Source of the DNA: Candidatus Faecousia intestinavium
GTDB lineage: Bacteria; Bacillota; Clostridia; Oscillospirales; Oscillospiraceae
Direction of reading: 5' to 3'
Assembly: GCA_018715835.1 (NCBI GenBank)
Contig: DVKV01000094.1
Location: 1-58,198 of the forward strand
DNA: 58,198 nucleotides
The translations under genes and the position numbers were made by a program. The notes under the pieces are model-generated. The model was given only the letters and a program-made list of their open reading frames with translations, was not told the origin of the DNA and made no database searches. Shown here one piece after another: positions 9,004-18,099 of this stretch (positions are counted from its first letter, which is position 1; each line of letters starts with the position of its first letter).

Positions 9004-10275
9004 TTACAGTGCAACGTAGTTGCAGGGGTTAACGTACACACCGTTCAGAGAAATTCCAAAGTGCAGGTGGTCGCCGGTGGCAATGCCGGTGGCGCCGGTG
9101 GCGCCAATGTACGTGCCGGCGCTGACAATCTGGCCAACGCTTGCGCCGATACTGCTCAGGTGCATATAGATGGAACGGAAGCCGTCCTGGTGGTCAATCT
9201 GGACATAGTAGCCCGCGGAGTTGCTGTAGCTGGCCGCAATGACCACACCTGCCCGGGCCGCCACTACCGACCAGCCGGTACCGGTGTCCAGGTCAACGCC
9301 CTGATGGTAAGTAGATGCGCCGGTGGTGGGAGACTCCCGGTAACCGAAGGGGCTGGTGATGGAAGTGTAGCTGCAGGGCCGGACCCATCCGCCGCCGCCA
9401 GAGGTTCCGCCGGAACCGCCGGAGCCACCGGAGCCGCCTTCAGTCGTGGGGGGAACATAGGTGGCCATATAGGCTTCCCATTCCGCCTGCTTGGCGGCGT
9501 CGTACTCCACTTCCTTCTGAGCGATCTGCTCCAGGAAGTCCGCCTCCATGGCCTCGTATTCCTCCTGCAGAGCCGCCAGCTCATCGCCCTTGCTCAGCAG
9601 TTCCTGAAGCAGGTCCATGGATTCCTGGACCTTGGCATCCAGTTCCGCCTGGGTGCTGTCCAGCTCTTCCTTGGTCTTCTCCATGTCCTCTTTTTCCACT
9701 TCCAGCTCCTGCTGAGCCTCCACCACGTTGTTGGCGGCGTCGGCCAGCTCCTGGAGCCGGCGGTTATCGGAAGCGGCAATCTCCTCCACCATGTTCAGCC
9801 GGTCCAGCAGGTCGGAGAAGTTGTTGGCCTTGAACAGCACTTCCCAGTAGGACAGTTCTCCTTCTTCCTCCATGGTGCGGATGCGCAGCTTGTTGTCGTC
9901 GTTGAGCTGCTGGTAGCGCTCCTCGGCGTTGTCCAGCTCATCCTGTTTGTCCGCAATCAGCAGATTGAAGGCCTTCAGCTGGTCATTGATGTTATCCACC
10001 TGCTCATTGAGCAGCTGTACTTCCTGGTCAATGACGCTTTTGCGCTCCATCAGGTCCACAATCTCATTCTCATTTTCTTCGTACTGACCCTGAACTTCCG
10101 TAATCTTTTCCTGGATTGCCTCCTTTTCCTCTTTCAGCGCATTGATCTGCTTGCGGATTTCGCTGGAGGAGGCGGCGCTGGCTGGTGTCGGCAGCAGGCT
10201 GAGCATCAGCGTCAGCAGCATAACCGCCGCCATGATGCCCGCCAGAACAGAAACCATACGTTTGCGTTTGTTCAT
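9004..10275 (-). CDS. Coiled-coil + M23/LytM peptidoglycan endopeptidase (FtsEX partner, CwlO/EnvC-like), paralog B
   Basis: Signal peptide, long coiled coil, Gly-rich linker, HQGVD and HLHF zinc motifs. Confidence 0.9.
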   Translation of the reverse strand: MNKRKRMVSVLAGIMAAVMLLTLMLSLLPTPASAASSSEIRKQINALKEEKEAIQEKITEVQGQYEENENEIVDLMERKSVIDQEVQLLNEQVDNINDQLKAFNLLIADKQDELDNAEERYQQLNDDNKLRIRTMEEEGELSYWEVLFKANNFSDLLDRLNMVEEIAASDNRRLQELADAANNVVEAQQELEVEKEDMEKTKEELDSTQAELDAKVQESMDLLQELLSKGDELAALQEEYEAMEADFLEQIAQKEVEYDAAKQAEWEAYMATYVPPTTEGGSGGSGGSGGTSGGGGWVRPCSYTSITSPFGYRESPTTGASTYHQGVDLDTGTGWSVVAARAGVVIAASYSNSAGYYVQIDHQDGFRSIYMHLSSIGASVGQIVSAGTYIGATGATGIATGDHLHFGISLNGVYVNPCNYVAL

Positions 10276-10321
10276 ACAATACTCCTTTGCGTTCTGAGAG
10301 GGGGCGTACATTCCGGGTAAA

Positions 10322-11539
10322 TCAATAGATGTACGCCAAGGGGTTTACATAAGTACCGGCATAGGAAATGCCGAAATGCAGGTGCGGGCCGGTGGAGAGT
10401 CCGGTGCTGCCCACATATCCGATCAGCTGTCCCTGGGAGACCGACTGTCCTGCGGATACCACATAGTTGGTCATGTGCATATAGATGGAAGCAAATCCAT
10501 CCAGATGGTTGATGCTGACATAGTTTCCGGCGCCGCCGGCCTGATAGGAGGCCACGGTAACCGTACCGGCACGAGTGGCATAAATGGGAGTGCCCTGGGC
10601 ACAGGCCATGTCAATGCCGTTGTGCATCCGGGAGGTCCCCAGGATGGGATGCACCCGCATGCCAAACGGGCTGGTCAGGGTATACCCGGACACCGGGGTT
10701 ACCCAGGTGGCATCCGAGGGCGGATTCTCTCCCTGCAAGGCCAGCTTTGCCAGATACTCGTCGTATTTGGCCGCAGCCAGTTCCTTTTCCTTGGCAGCAA
10801 TCTCCAGCATCAGCTCATCCTGGAGAATTTCCGATTCTGCCATCAGGCGTTCATATTCCTCCGACTGCTTTTCCAGCTCCCGGAGCAGCTCGTCGGATTC
10901 CGCACGCTTTTCCTCCAGGGCTTCTTCGTCCGCCGCCAGCTGCACCCGGCTTTCCTCCAGCGTCTGCTTTTCCGACTCCAGGGTCAGCTGGGTTGCGGTA
11001 ACCAGGTCCGAGGCGATCCGCATTTCCTCAATTCGCTTCCGGTCCGCCTCGTTGATCTCCTCCACCATGTTCAGCCGGTCCAGCAGATCCATGAAGCTGT
11101 TGGCCTCGAAGATTACTTCCCAATAGGTCAGATTTCCCTTTTCCTCCATCACCCGGATTCGTTCCCGGTGCTGTTCGCTGAGATCCCGCAGCTCTTCCTG
11201 GGCCTTCTCCAGCTGGTCCTGGGTATCGGCAATCATCTGACTGTAGGCGGCAATCTGCTCGTTGGTGGTGGCAATTTTGTTGCTCAGCAGGGTCATCTCC
11301 TGATCGATGGCGGCTTTCTGCTCCACCGTGGAAGCCATATTGCTGTAGTTTTCGTCATATTGGCTCTGAATGGCGTCCAGTTCCCGCTGAATGGCAGCAT
11401 TTTGTTCTTCCAACGCGTCAATTTCCTTCTGAATCTCCGATGAGCTTGCGGCCCGGGCAGACATGGGTACCATCCCAACCGTTAAAGCCCCGGCCAGCAG
11501 CAATGCCAGAAGGGAACGCGCTTTTCTGTTTCTACGCAT
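10322..11539 (-). CDS. Coiled-coil + M23/LytM peptidoglycan endopeptidase (FtsEX partner), paralog A
   Basis: Signal peptide, coiled coil, HNGID and STGPHLHF motifs. Confidence 0.9.
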   Translation of the reverse strand: MRRNRKARSLLALLLAGALTVGMVPMSARAASSSEIQKEIDALEEQNAAIQRELDAIQSQYDENYSNMASTVEQKAAIDQEMTLLSNKIATTNEQIAAYSQMIADTQDQLEKAQEELRDLSEQHRERIRVMEEKGNLTYWEVIFEANSFMDLLDRLNMVEEINEADRKRIEEMRIASDLVTATQLTLESEKQTLEESRVQLAADEEALEEKRAESDELLRELEKQSEEYERLMAESEILQDELMLEIAAKEKELAAAKYDEYLAKLALQGENPPSDATWVTPVSGYTLTSPFGMRVHPILGTSRMHNGIDMACAQGTPIYATRAGTVTVASYQAGGAGNYVSINHLDGFASIYMHMTNYVVSAGQSVSQGQLIGYVGSTGLSTGPHLHFGISYAGTYVNPLAYIY

Positions 11540-11564
11540 AGCTAAGAGAGTCCTTACAAAAGAT

Positions 11565-12452
11565 TTATACGTTCATGAACTTCCGGATGGAGGTCCAGCT
11601 GCCCACGATGCCCACGAACATACCCGCCGCACCGAAGACCGCCACCATGGGAATCAGAACTTCCTGGAAGGAAACGAAGGTGAACAGCTGCAGAGAGTCC
11701 ACCAGGGCAATCCGCTGAATCATGGCATCATAGGCCACCCACTCCAATCCAAAGGCCAGGATGGCGCCAATCATGCCCAGGCTGAAGCCCTCCACCACGA
11801 AGGGCAGCCGGATGAAGCCGTTGGTGGCGCCCACCATTTTCATAATGGCAATCTCATCCTTCCGGTCATACATGGCCAGCTTGACGGTATTGGAGATAAT
11901 CAGCAGGGACACCACCAGCAGCACTGCAATCAGGGCAAGAGACACCATGTGCAGCACATCCTGAATGGTGGAGAAGCCCTCCGCCAGCTCATAGGCAGCG
12001 TTGGTCTTGGCCACGCCCGGAATATCCTTGAGCTGCTGGTCGGTCTGCTCCATCTTGGTGTTGTCCTCCAGGACCACCACATACCGGTGGCGCAGATCCC
12101 CGGCCTGGACGCCGCTGAAGGCACTGTCACCATCGTGGTCGGCGATGAAATTCTCCAGCGCCTCCTCCCGGGAGACGAAGGTTGCCTGGAGCACATTGTC
12201 CAGCTGATTGATCTTCGTGCCCACGCTTCTGGCCTCGGCGTCGGACAAACTGCTGTCGATGTACACCAGAATCTCACTGGTCTGGTTCAGCTCCTGAACC
12301 ATCAGGTCCAGGTTATAAGCCAGAATGGAAAAGCTGCCCACAATCACCAGGCAGGCCACGGTGACGCACACGGCGGCGAAAGACATGAATCCATGGAGGA
12401 AAATACCCCGGAAGCCTTCTTTCAGCAGGTAACCCAAATTATTCAGCTTCAT
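11565..12452 (-). CDS. ftsX: Cell division permease FtsX
   Basis: EIAIMKMVGATNGFIRLPFVVEG motif, 4 TM helices; overlaps the ftsE stop. Confidence 0.95.
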   Translation of the reverse strand: MKLNNLGYLLKEGFRGIFLHGFMSFAAVCVTVACLVIVGSFSILAYNLDLMVQELNQTSEILVYIDSSLSDAEARSVGTKINQLDNVLQATFVSREEALENFIADHDGDSAFSGVQAGDLRHRYVVVLEDNTKMEQTDQQLKDIPGVAKTNAAYELAEGFSTIQDVLHMVSLALIAVLLVVSLLIISNTVKLAMYDRKDEIAIMKMVGATNGFIRLPFVVEGFSLGMIGAILAFGLEWVAYDAMIQRIALVDSLQLFTFVSFQEVLIPMVAVFGAAGMFVGIVGSWTSIRKFMNV

Positions 12453-13131
12453 CTTCGTTTTCCTCCTCCCCGGCCCCGTCGTTGACCACCAGGCCCTCGT
12501 CAATGGCGATGACCCGTTTGTTGAACAACTCCACCAGGTTCTGGGCATGGGTAACCACCAGCACAGTGGTGCCCAGGTTGTTGATTTCCTGCAGCAGGGC
12601 CATAATTTCAAAAGACCGCTCCGGGTCCAGGTTACCGGTAGGCTCGTCGGCGATGATGGTGGAAGGGTTGTTCACCAGTGCCCGGGCAATGGCCAGACGC
12701 TGCTGCTCACCGCCGGACATTTCGTGGGGATGGCGGCTCATCTTGCCCTCCAGGCCCACCAGTTCCAGCACATAGGGAACCCGCTCCTTGATCTCCTTCT
12801 CCCGGGCGCCAACCACCCGCATGGCGAAGGCCACGTTTTCATAGACGGTCATCTTGTCGATCAGCCGGAAATCCTGGAACACCACGCCCACCGTACGGCG
12901 CAGATAGGGAATCTCCCGTTTGCGAATCCGCTCCAGGGAGTATCCGTTCACATGAACGGCGCCGGAGGTGGGCTTCAGCTCACCGGTGATGAGTTTGATG
13001 ATGGTGGACTTTCCGGAACCGGAAGGTCCCACCAGGAAACAGAATTCGCCGTCTTCAATCTGCATGGTAACACCGTTCAGAGCGTTGTTGCCTTGCTCGT
13101 AAGATTTTACGACATCAATAAACTGTATCAT
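12439..13131 (-). CDS. ftsE: Cell division ATP-binding protein FtsE
   Basis: GPSGSGKST, VVFQDFRL, MSGGEQQR and ADEPTGNLD motifs. Confidence 0.96.
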   Translation of the reverse strand: MIQFIDVVKSYEQGNNALNGVTMQIEDGEFCFLVGPSGSGKSTIIKLITGELKPTSGAVHVNGYSLERIRKREIPYLRRTVGVVFQDFRLIDKMTVYENVAFAMRVVGAREKEIKERVPYVLELVGLEGKMSRHPHEMSGGEQQRLAIARALVNNPSTIIADEPTGNLDPERSFEIMALLQEINNLGTTVLVVTHAQNLVELFNKRVIAIDEGLVVNDGAGEEENEDEAE

Positions 13132-13183
13132 ATCACTATCTCCTGTTTTGGGGCAGGACAGGGATGCCTGCTTCTGCCCGCAG

Positions 13184-13221
13184 TGTAACCAAATTGTAAC
13201 ACAGTTGAAATGGAATGTCAA
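13184..13221 (-). promoter_or_regulatory. sigmaA promoter of the ftsEX operon overlapped by a WalR-like direct repeat
   Basis: Minus strand TTGACA-N17-TACAAT (13221-13193); plus strand TGTAAC-N5-TGTAAC at 13184-13200. Confidence 0.6.
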
Positions 13222-13393
13222 TCGTGTTCCGACAAAAAGTGTGAAATCCGAAACAATTCACAAATAATCCATATTTTTACCTGAAAGAAAATTGAAAATA
13301 CCAAGTCTTGTGGTTTACCATATTTTACGCCGCCACATCTGGGATCAGGCGCAGAAAAGCGGGGCTGCCGCAGCAGCCCCGCCTGGGAATGCG

Positions 13394-14482
13394 TTACCGG
13401 GTCTCCCGGGAAGTCAGATATTTGCGGACCATCAGCGCCACCTTGAACACAATGGCATGGTCAAACTGCCGCAGGTCCAGGCCGGTGAGCTTCTTGATCT
13501 TCTCCAGCCGGTACACCAGGGTATTGCGGTGGACAAACAGCTTCCGGGAGGTTTCCGACACGTTCAGGTTATTCTCGAAGAACTTGTTGATGGTAAACAG
13601 GGTCTCCTGATCCAGAGAATCAATGGAATTCTTCTTGAACACTTCGCTGAGGAAAATCTCGCACAAGGTGGTGGGCAGCTGATAGATCAGCCGTCCGATG
13701 CCCAGATTTTCATAATTGATGATACTCTTCTCGGTGTCGAACACCTTGCCCACATCGATGGCAGTCTGGGCGTCCTTGTAGGAGTCCGCCAGTTCCCGCA
13801 GATGCTCCGCCACGGTGCCGATGCCGATGACCGTCTTGATCCGCAGCTCATTTTTCAGGGTGTCGGCAATGGTGGCCGCCATCTTCTCCAGGTCCTCAGC
13901 GGTGGTAGCGGTGCTGATCTGCCGTACCACGGCAATGTCCGTCTCGTTGATGGACAGCACAAAATCCTGCATCTTGTCCGGGAACATCCCCGCCAGCACG
14001 TCCATGGTGGCCACGTCGCTGTGTCCCACCTGCCGGATCAGGAACACCGCCCGGGGGGCATCGGTGGAGAAGTGCAGCTCCTTGGCCCGGATATAAATGT
14101 CGCCGGGAAGGATGTTGTCCATGATGATATTCTTTACAAAGGTACCGGGATCATGCTTCTCTTCATAGAAGGTTTTGGCATCGTTCATGGCGATGTATGC
14201 CATGGCGCAGAAGCTGCGGGCCACTTCGTCGTCGCCGGTGCAGAACACGGCGTACTCGAAATAGTTGGAGTTGCCCACAATGGCCTTGAAGCTCTTCTGG
14301 CCATAGGTCACCACGCCCTCTGTGGCGTTGCCCACCTTCAGAGCAGCCTCAGTCCAGCGCTCCCCGAGCATGGCCATATCGGTACAGGAAACCACGCACC
14401 CTTCCGTATCAATGACGCCGAAGGTGCGCTCGGAAACATCTCTCAATTGGACAATAACGCTCTGGAAAACACTGTTGGACAT
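13394..14482 (-). CDS. CdaR/PucR family transcriptional regulator
   Basis: C-terminal HTH NLNVSETSRKLFVHRNTLVYRLEKI; GGDEF-like middle domain; the usual clostridial neighbour upstream of ftsE. Confidence 0.9.
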   Translation of the reverse strand: MSNSVFQSVIVQLRDVSERTFGVIDTEGCVVSCTDMAMLGERWTEAALKVGNATEGVVTYGQKSFKAIVGNSNYFEYAVFCTGDDEVARSFCAMAYIAMNDAKTFYEEKHDPGTFVKNIIMDNILPGDIYIRAKELHFSTDAPRAVFLIRQVGHSDVATMDVLAGMFPDKMQDFVLSINETDIAVVRQISTATTAEDLEKMAATIADTLKNELRIKTVIGIGTVAEHLRELADSYKDAQTAIDVGKVFDTEKSIINYENLGIGRLIYQLPTTLCEIFLSEVFKKNSIDSLDQETLFTINKFFENNLNVSETSRKLFVHRNTLVYRLEKIKKLTGLDLRQFDHAIVFKVALMVRKYLTSRETR

Positions 14483-14729
14483 TTTTCTGTCACTCCTTAG
14501 TATCTTGCATAAATGCGCATTTCACAAAATCACGCTATCATTATACACACCTTTTGCGCACATTGCAAGTGCCATTTGACATTTTACTGCAAAATCTCTT
14601 ATCTTTTTTAGATAATATACCCACAGCTTTTCAGGAACATTCCTTCTTTTGGAAAAACATGACAGCAAATTGCCGGTTTGGAGCATTTGTCCCTGGTTCT
14701 CCGGAAAAAATCCATAAAAACTGCGTTTT

Positions 14730-15461
14730 TTACCAATCGTTTTCCCCGCCGCCGGCGTCCTCCCCCGCTTCCAGCGCCTGGATTTCCCCGCCGGTCAGTT
14801 CCCGGGCCTGGCCTCTGGGAAGATTCCCCAGGGTCAGCGCTCCCTCCTGCCGCCGCTCCAGATAGGTCACCGGCATTCCCCGGGAGGCCAGCATCCGCCG
14901 GACCTGATGGTATTTCCCCTCACACACCGTCACCAGGCTCTCCCCCGGTCCCAGGGGCTCCAGACGGGCAGGCAGGCACCGGGTTCCGTCTCCCAGCGTA
15001 AGCCCCTGGGCAAAGGCCCGGACATCCTCCTCCCCGGCCCAGCCCTCATGCCGGGCGTAATACACCTTCCGGACTTCCTTTTTCGGGGTGATCAGCCGAT
15101 GGAGCAGTTCCCCGTCGTTGGTAAACAGCAGCAGTCCCTCGGTATCCTTGTCCAGGCGGCCCACCGGTTTCAAGTCCAGGTGTTTCCACTGTGGGGGCAG
15201 CAGTTCCATCACCGTGGCCTGACTGTCATCCTCAGTGGCGGTGATAAAGCCCGCAGGCTTGTTGAGCATCACCACCGCCCGGCGCATTCCCCCCAGGGTC
15301 TGTCCATCCAGGGCAATCTCCACCGCCGCCGGATCAACCTTCCGGCTGCCATCCTTTTCCACGGCTCCGTCCACCGTCACCCGGCCGGCTTTCAGCAACA
15401 GCTTGACCTGGCTGCGGGTGCCGGCTCCGGCGCCGCAAAGGAATTTGTCCAATCGTTCCAT
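14730..15461 (-). CDS. rsuA: 16S rRNA pseudouridine synthase, RsuA family
   Basis: S4 domain (RLDKFL), MLNKPAG, GRLDKDTEGLLL and EGKYHQVRRM motifs. Confidence 0.85.
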   Translation of the reverse strand: MERLDKFLCGAGAGTRSQVKLLLKAGRVTVDGAVEKDGSRKVDPAAVEIALDGQTLGGMRRAVVMLNKPAGFITATEDDSQATVMELLPPQWKHLDLKPVGRLDKDTEGLLLFTNDGELLHRLITPKKEVRKVYYARHEGWAGEEDVRAFAQGLTLGDGTRCLPARLEPLGPGESLVTVCEGKYHQVRRMLASRGMPVTYLERRQEGALTLGNLPRGQARELTGGEIQALEAGEDAGGGENDW

Positions 15462-15471
15462 GGTTCCTCCG

Positions 15472-15500
15472 TTCTATCCCTGTCCCCTGGGTCATAGGCT
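15472..15500 (+). promoter_or_regulatory. Putative mother-cell sigmaE promoter
   Basis: TTCTATC-N14-CATAGGCT matches the sigmaE consensus and spacing. Confidence 0.5.
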
Positions 15501-15531
15501 GTAGCACCTATTCTAACCGGGAGGGATCACT

Positions 15532-16113
15532 ATGATGGTAATGACCGCAAAGGTCGATCTGAAAAAGGCGCTTCTGGCCCTTGCCGCCGCCGCGGCGCTG
15601 ATTCTGTCGCTGATTCTGCTGCTGGGGGGCGGCTCCGAAACCACCCAGACCGGCGCTCCCGCCGTCAGCAGCAATGACGGCCGGGTACAGTTCCTGAAGG
15701 ACTTCGGCTGGGATGTGACCACGTCCCCTGTGGAGTCCAGCCAGGTCAAAATTCCCGAGACCAGCGGCGAGGTATTCGACCGCTACAACGCCCTGCAGAA
15801 AACCCAGGGCTATGATCTGAGCAAGTACGCCGGCAAGAGCGTCATGCGCTACGTCTACAAGGTCAACAACTACCCCAACGCCACCGAGCCGGTGTACGCC
15901 ACGCTCCTGGTCTACAAAAACCAAATCATCGGCGGGGATGTGACCAACACCTCCGCCCAGGGAAAGATCCATGGGTTCCAGACTTCCCCCGCCACCGCCT
16001 CTGAGCCCTCGGCGGCTGCTGTCTCCGAGCCTTCCGCCGCCACGACAGCTCCCTCTTCTGCTGCCACCGCTCCGGCGGCCACCACGGTTCCTGCCACCAC
16101 GGCGGCGTCGTGA
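15532..16113 (+). CDS. DUF4830-like membrane-anchored protein with Ala/Thr/Ser-rich tail
   Basis: N-terminal TM helix; YNALQKTQGYDL...RYVYKV...IIGGD motif; low-complexity C-terminus. Confidence 0.75.
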   Translation: MMVMTAKVDLKKALLALAAAAALILSLILLLGGGSETTQTGAPAVSSNDGRVQFLKDFGWDVTTSPVESSQVKIPETSGEVFDRYNALQKTQGYDLSKYAGKSVMRYVYKVNNYPNATEPVYATLLVYKNQIIGGDVTNTSAQGKIHGFQTSPATASEPSAAAVSEPSAATTAPSSAATAPAATTVPATTAAS

Positions 16114-16175
16114 CCATCCTCAGCCTTCTCCGGTTTTCGGAGAAGGCTTTTTTATTTTATCACAGGGGCGGGTGC

Positions 16176-16204
16176 TTGACAAGATAACCCTGCTGTGCTA
16201 TGCT
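16176..16204 (+). promoter_or_regulatory. sigmaA promoter for the FMN riboswitch-ribU transcript
   Basis: TTGACA-N17-TATGCT. Confidence 0.7.
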
Positions 16205-16220
16205 CTATGCGAACTGAACA

Positions 16221-16332
16221 GTATCTTCAGGGCGGGGCGAAATTCCCCACCGGCGGTAAAGTCCGCGAGCGCTCAGGCGCAGATCCGGTGCAACTCCGGA
16301 ACCGACAGTATAGTCTGGATGGAAGAAGATAC
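16221..16332 (+). ncRNA. FMN riboswitch (RFN element)
   Basis: CTTCAGGGCGGGGCGAAATTCCCCACCGGCGGTAA...AGATCCGGTGCAACTCCGGAACCGACAGTATAGTCTGGATGGAAGAAG matches the consensus; followed by an attenuator and a riboflavin transporter. Confidence 0.97.
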
Positions 16333-16360
16333 GCAATGGGATAATATTGCGTTTATTTTC

Positions 16361-16394
16361 ACGCCCTGGGTCTATTCCCGGGGCGTATTTTTTT
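16361..16394 (+). terminator. Riboswitch expression-platform terminator
   Basis: ACGCCCTGGG / CCCGGGGCGT hairpin plus T-run before the ribU start. Confidence 0.8.
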
Positions 16395-16407
16395 GAAGAG
16401 GTGACAA

Positions 16408-17130
16408 ATGATGGAAACCTTACTGCAAGATGTGTCCAACAACCTGAGCTTCGTCCTTATGTGCGTGGTTCTGGTGGTAGGCCTGGCCCTTCTGGCCCGG
16501 CTGATCGAGCACTTTCTCCCGGAAAAGCGAACGGTGACTCCCGCCCGCCGGGTGAGCATCATCGGCATCTGCGCCGCCATTGCCACGGTGCTGCATATGC
16601 TGGACTTTCCCCTGCTGTTCCTGGCCCCGGAATTTTACAAGCTGGACTTCTCTGAGCTGCCCATTCTCATGTGCGGCTTCTACCTGGGACCCAGCGCCAC
16701 CGTGGTGTGCGAGGGTTTGAAAATCTTCCTGAAGCTGCTGTTCAAGGGCACTTCCACCGCTTTCGTGGGAGATCTGGCCAACTTCGTGGTGGGCTGCGCC
16801 TTTGTCCTGCCCGCCGCCACCTGGTACCATGTCCATAAGAGCAAGCACAGCGCCCTGGTGGGCATGATCCTGGGCACCGTGTGCATGACCGTTCTGGGCA
16901 CCGCCTTCAATGCAGTGTATCTGCTGCCCAAATTTGCCGAACTGTACCATATGCCCCTGGATACCATCATCGCCATGGGCACGGAAATCTGGGGCGGGGT
17001 GAACAGTGTGACCACCTTCGTCATGCTGTGCGTGGCACCGCTGAACCTGGTGAAGGGCGTTCTGGTTTCCGTCCTGACCATGCTGCTGTACAAGCGGGTG
17101 GCCCGGCCGCTGTTCGGCATCCACCGCTGA
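16408..17130 (+). CDS. ribU: Riboflavin ECF transporter S component
   Basis: YKLDFSELP, GDLANF, AVYLLP and PLNLVKG motifs; downstream of the FMN riboswitch. Confidence 0.88.
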   Translation: MMETLLQDVSNNLSFVLMCVVLVVGLALLARLIEHFLPEKRTVTPARRVSIIGICAAIATVLHMLDFPLLFLAPEFYKLDFSELPILMCGFYLGPSATVVCEGLKIFLKLLFKGTSTAFVGDLANFVVGCAFVLPAATWYHVHKSKHSALVGMILGTVCMTVLGTAFNAVYLLPKFAELYHMPLDTIIAMGTEIWGGVNSVTTFVMLCVAPLNLVKGVLVSVLTMLLYKRVARPLFGIHR

Positions 17131-17140
17131 AAATCTCCAT

Positions 17141-17174
17141 AAAAAATTCTCCGACCTGTGTCGGAGAATTTTTT
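17141..17174. terminator. Bidirectional terminator
   Basis: AAAAAATTCTCCGAC / GTCGGAGAATTTTTT. Confidence 0.8.
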
Positions 17175-18099
17175 ATATTTCCGCAGGTACCGGAGCCTGC
17201 CATTTTAGTCCCCGGGGGTAGAAGAACCGTACCTTTTCCCGGGCCACGGACATCCGCACCGTCCGGGCCATCCGCAGCTCTCCATCCAGGTTGACGGGGG
17301 TGGGCTTGTCGCACCGGATGGTCAGGGCCTTCACCCGCAGGTGCCGCACCAGATGGGGAAGCTGGGCAAACTGACCGTTTTTATACTTGCCGATGACCCC
17401 GGGAATCTCCAGCCGCCGGACCTTCCGCACCAGCAGCACGTCCAGCAGGCCGTCCGCCGGGTCCGCCTGGGGCACCGGGTTGAAGCCGCCGCCGTAAAAC
17501 CGGCCGTTGCACACGCAGATGAAGGTCTGCTCGGCATCAATGCGCTCCCCGTCGATTTCCACCACGTAGTGCTCGGCAATGCCCTTGATTACATTGACCA
17601 CCGTGGAGGCGGCATAAGCCCGGAAGCCCTGAAGCAGGGGAATCCGCTTGTACCGGGACACATCCGTTCCGATCCGGGCATCCAGCCCCACGGAACAGAT
17701 GTTCAGAGCGTAGTCGTCGTTGCAGCGGATCAGATCAAATTCCGCTTCCTCCGGGTCCAGCAGCCGTTCCAAATCGTAAAACGCCTGGGGATCGTCAAAA
17801 ATTTTCACAAAATCGTTGCCGCTGCCCCCGGGATAGGCGGTAATGGCGCCGTTGGAAAACCCCGCCGCGCCGGAAGCCACTTCATTCAAGGTGCCGTCTC
17901 CGCCGCAGGCATAGATCCGGTATTCCTCCCCGGTGAGCAAAGCCTCCCGGGTAATCCGGCGGCACTCCCCGGGCGCCTGGGACACCGCAATCCGGTAGTC
18001 CAGGCCCCGTCCGCCGCAGAGCTTCCGGATCTCAGCGGCGTATTCAGCAGAACGGTCCCGGCTGCCTGCCGCAGGATTGATCACAAACAGATGCTTCAT
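17173..18099 (-). CDS. Diacylglycerol/lipid kinase family protein (DagK/YegS)
   Basis: INPAAG, GGDGTLNEV, GSGNDF, NGRFYGGG and DGE motifs; start at ATG 18099. Confidence 0.9.
   Translation of the reverse strand: MKHLFVINPAAGSRDRSAEYAAEIRKLCGGRGLDYRIAVSQAPGECRRITREALLTGEEYRIYACGGDGTLNEVASGAAGFSNGAITAYPGGSGNDFVKIFDDPQAFYDLERLLDPEEAEFDLIRCNDDYALNICSVGLDARIGTDVSRYKRIPLLQGFRAYAASTVVNVIKGIAEHYVVEIDGERIDAEQTFICVCNGRFYGGGFNPVPQADPADGLLDVLLVRKVRRLEIPGVIGKYKNGQFAQLPHLVRHLRVKALTIRCDKPTPVNLDGELRMARTVRMSVAREKVRFFYPRGLKWQAPVPAEI

Noticed and set aside
15980-16110. Ala/Ser/Thr/Pro repeats (SEPSAA) at the DUF4830 C-terminus
   Set aside because: Ordinary low-complexity tail, not a separate element.
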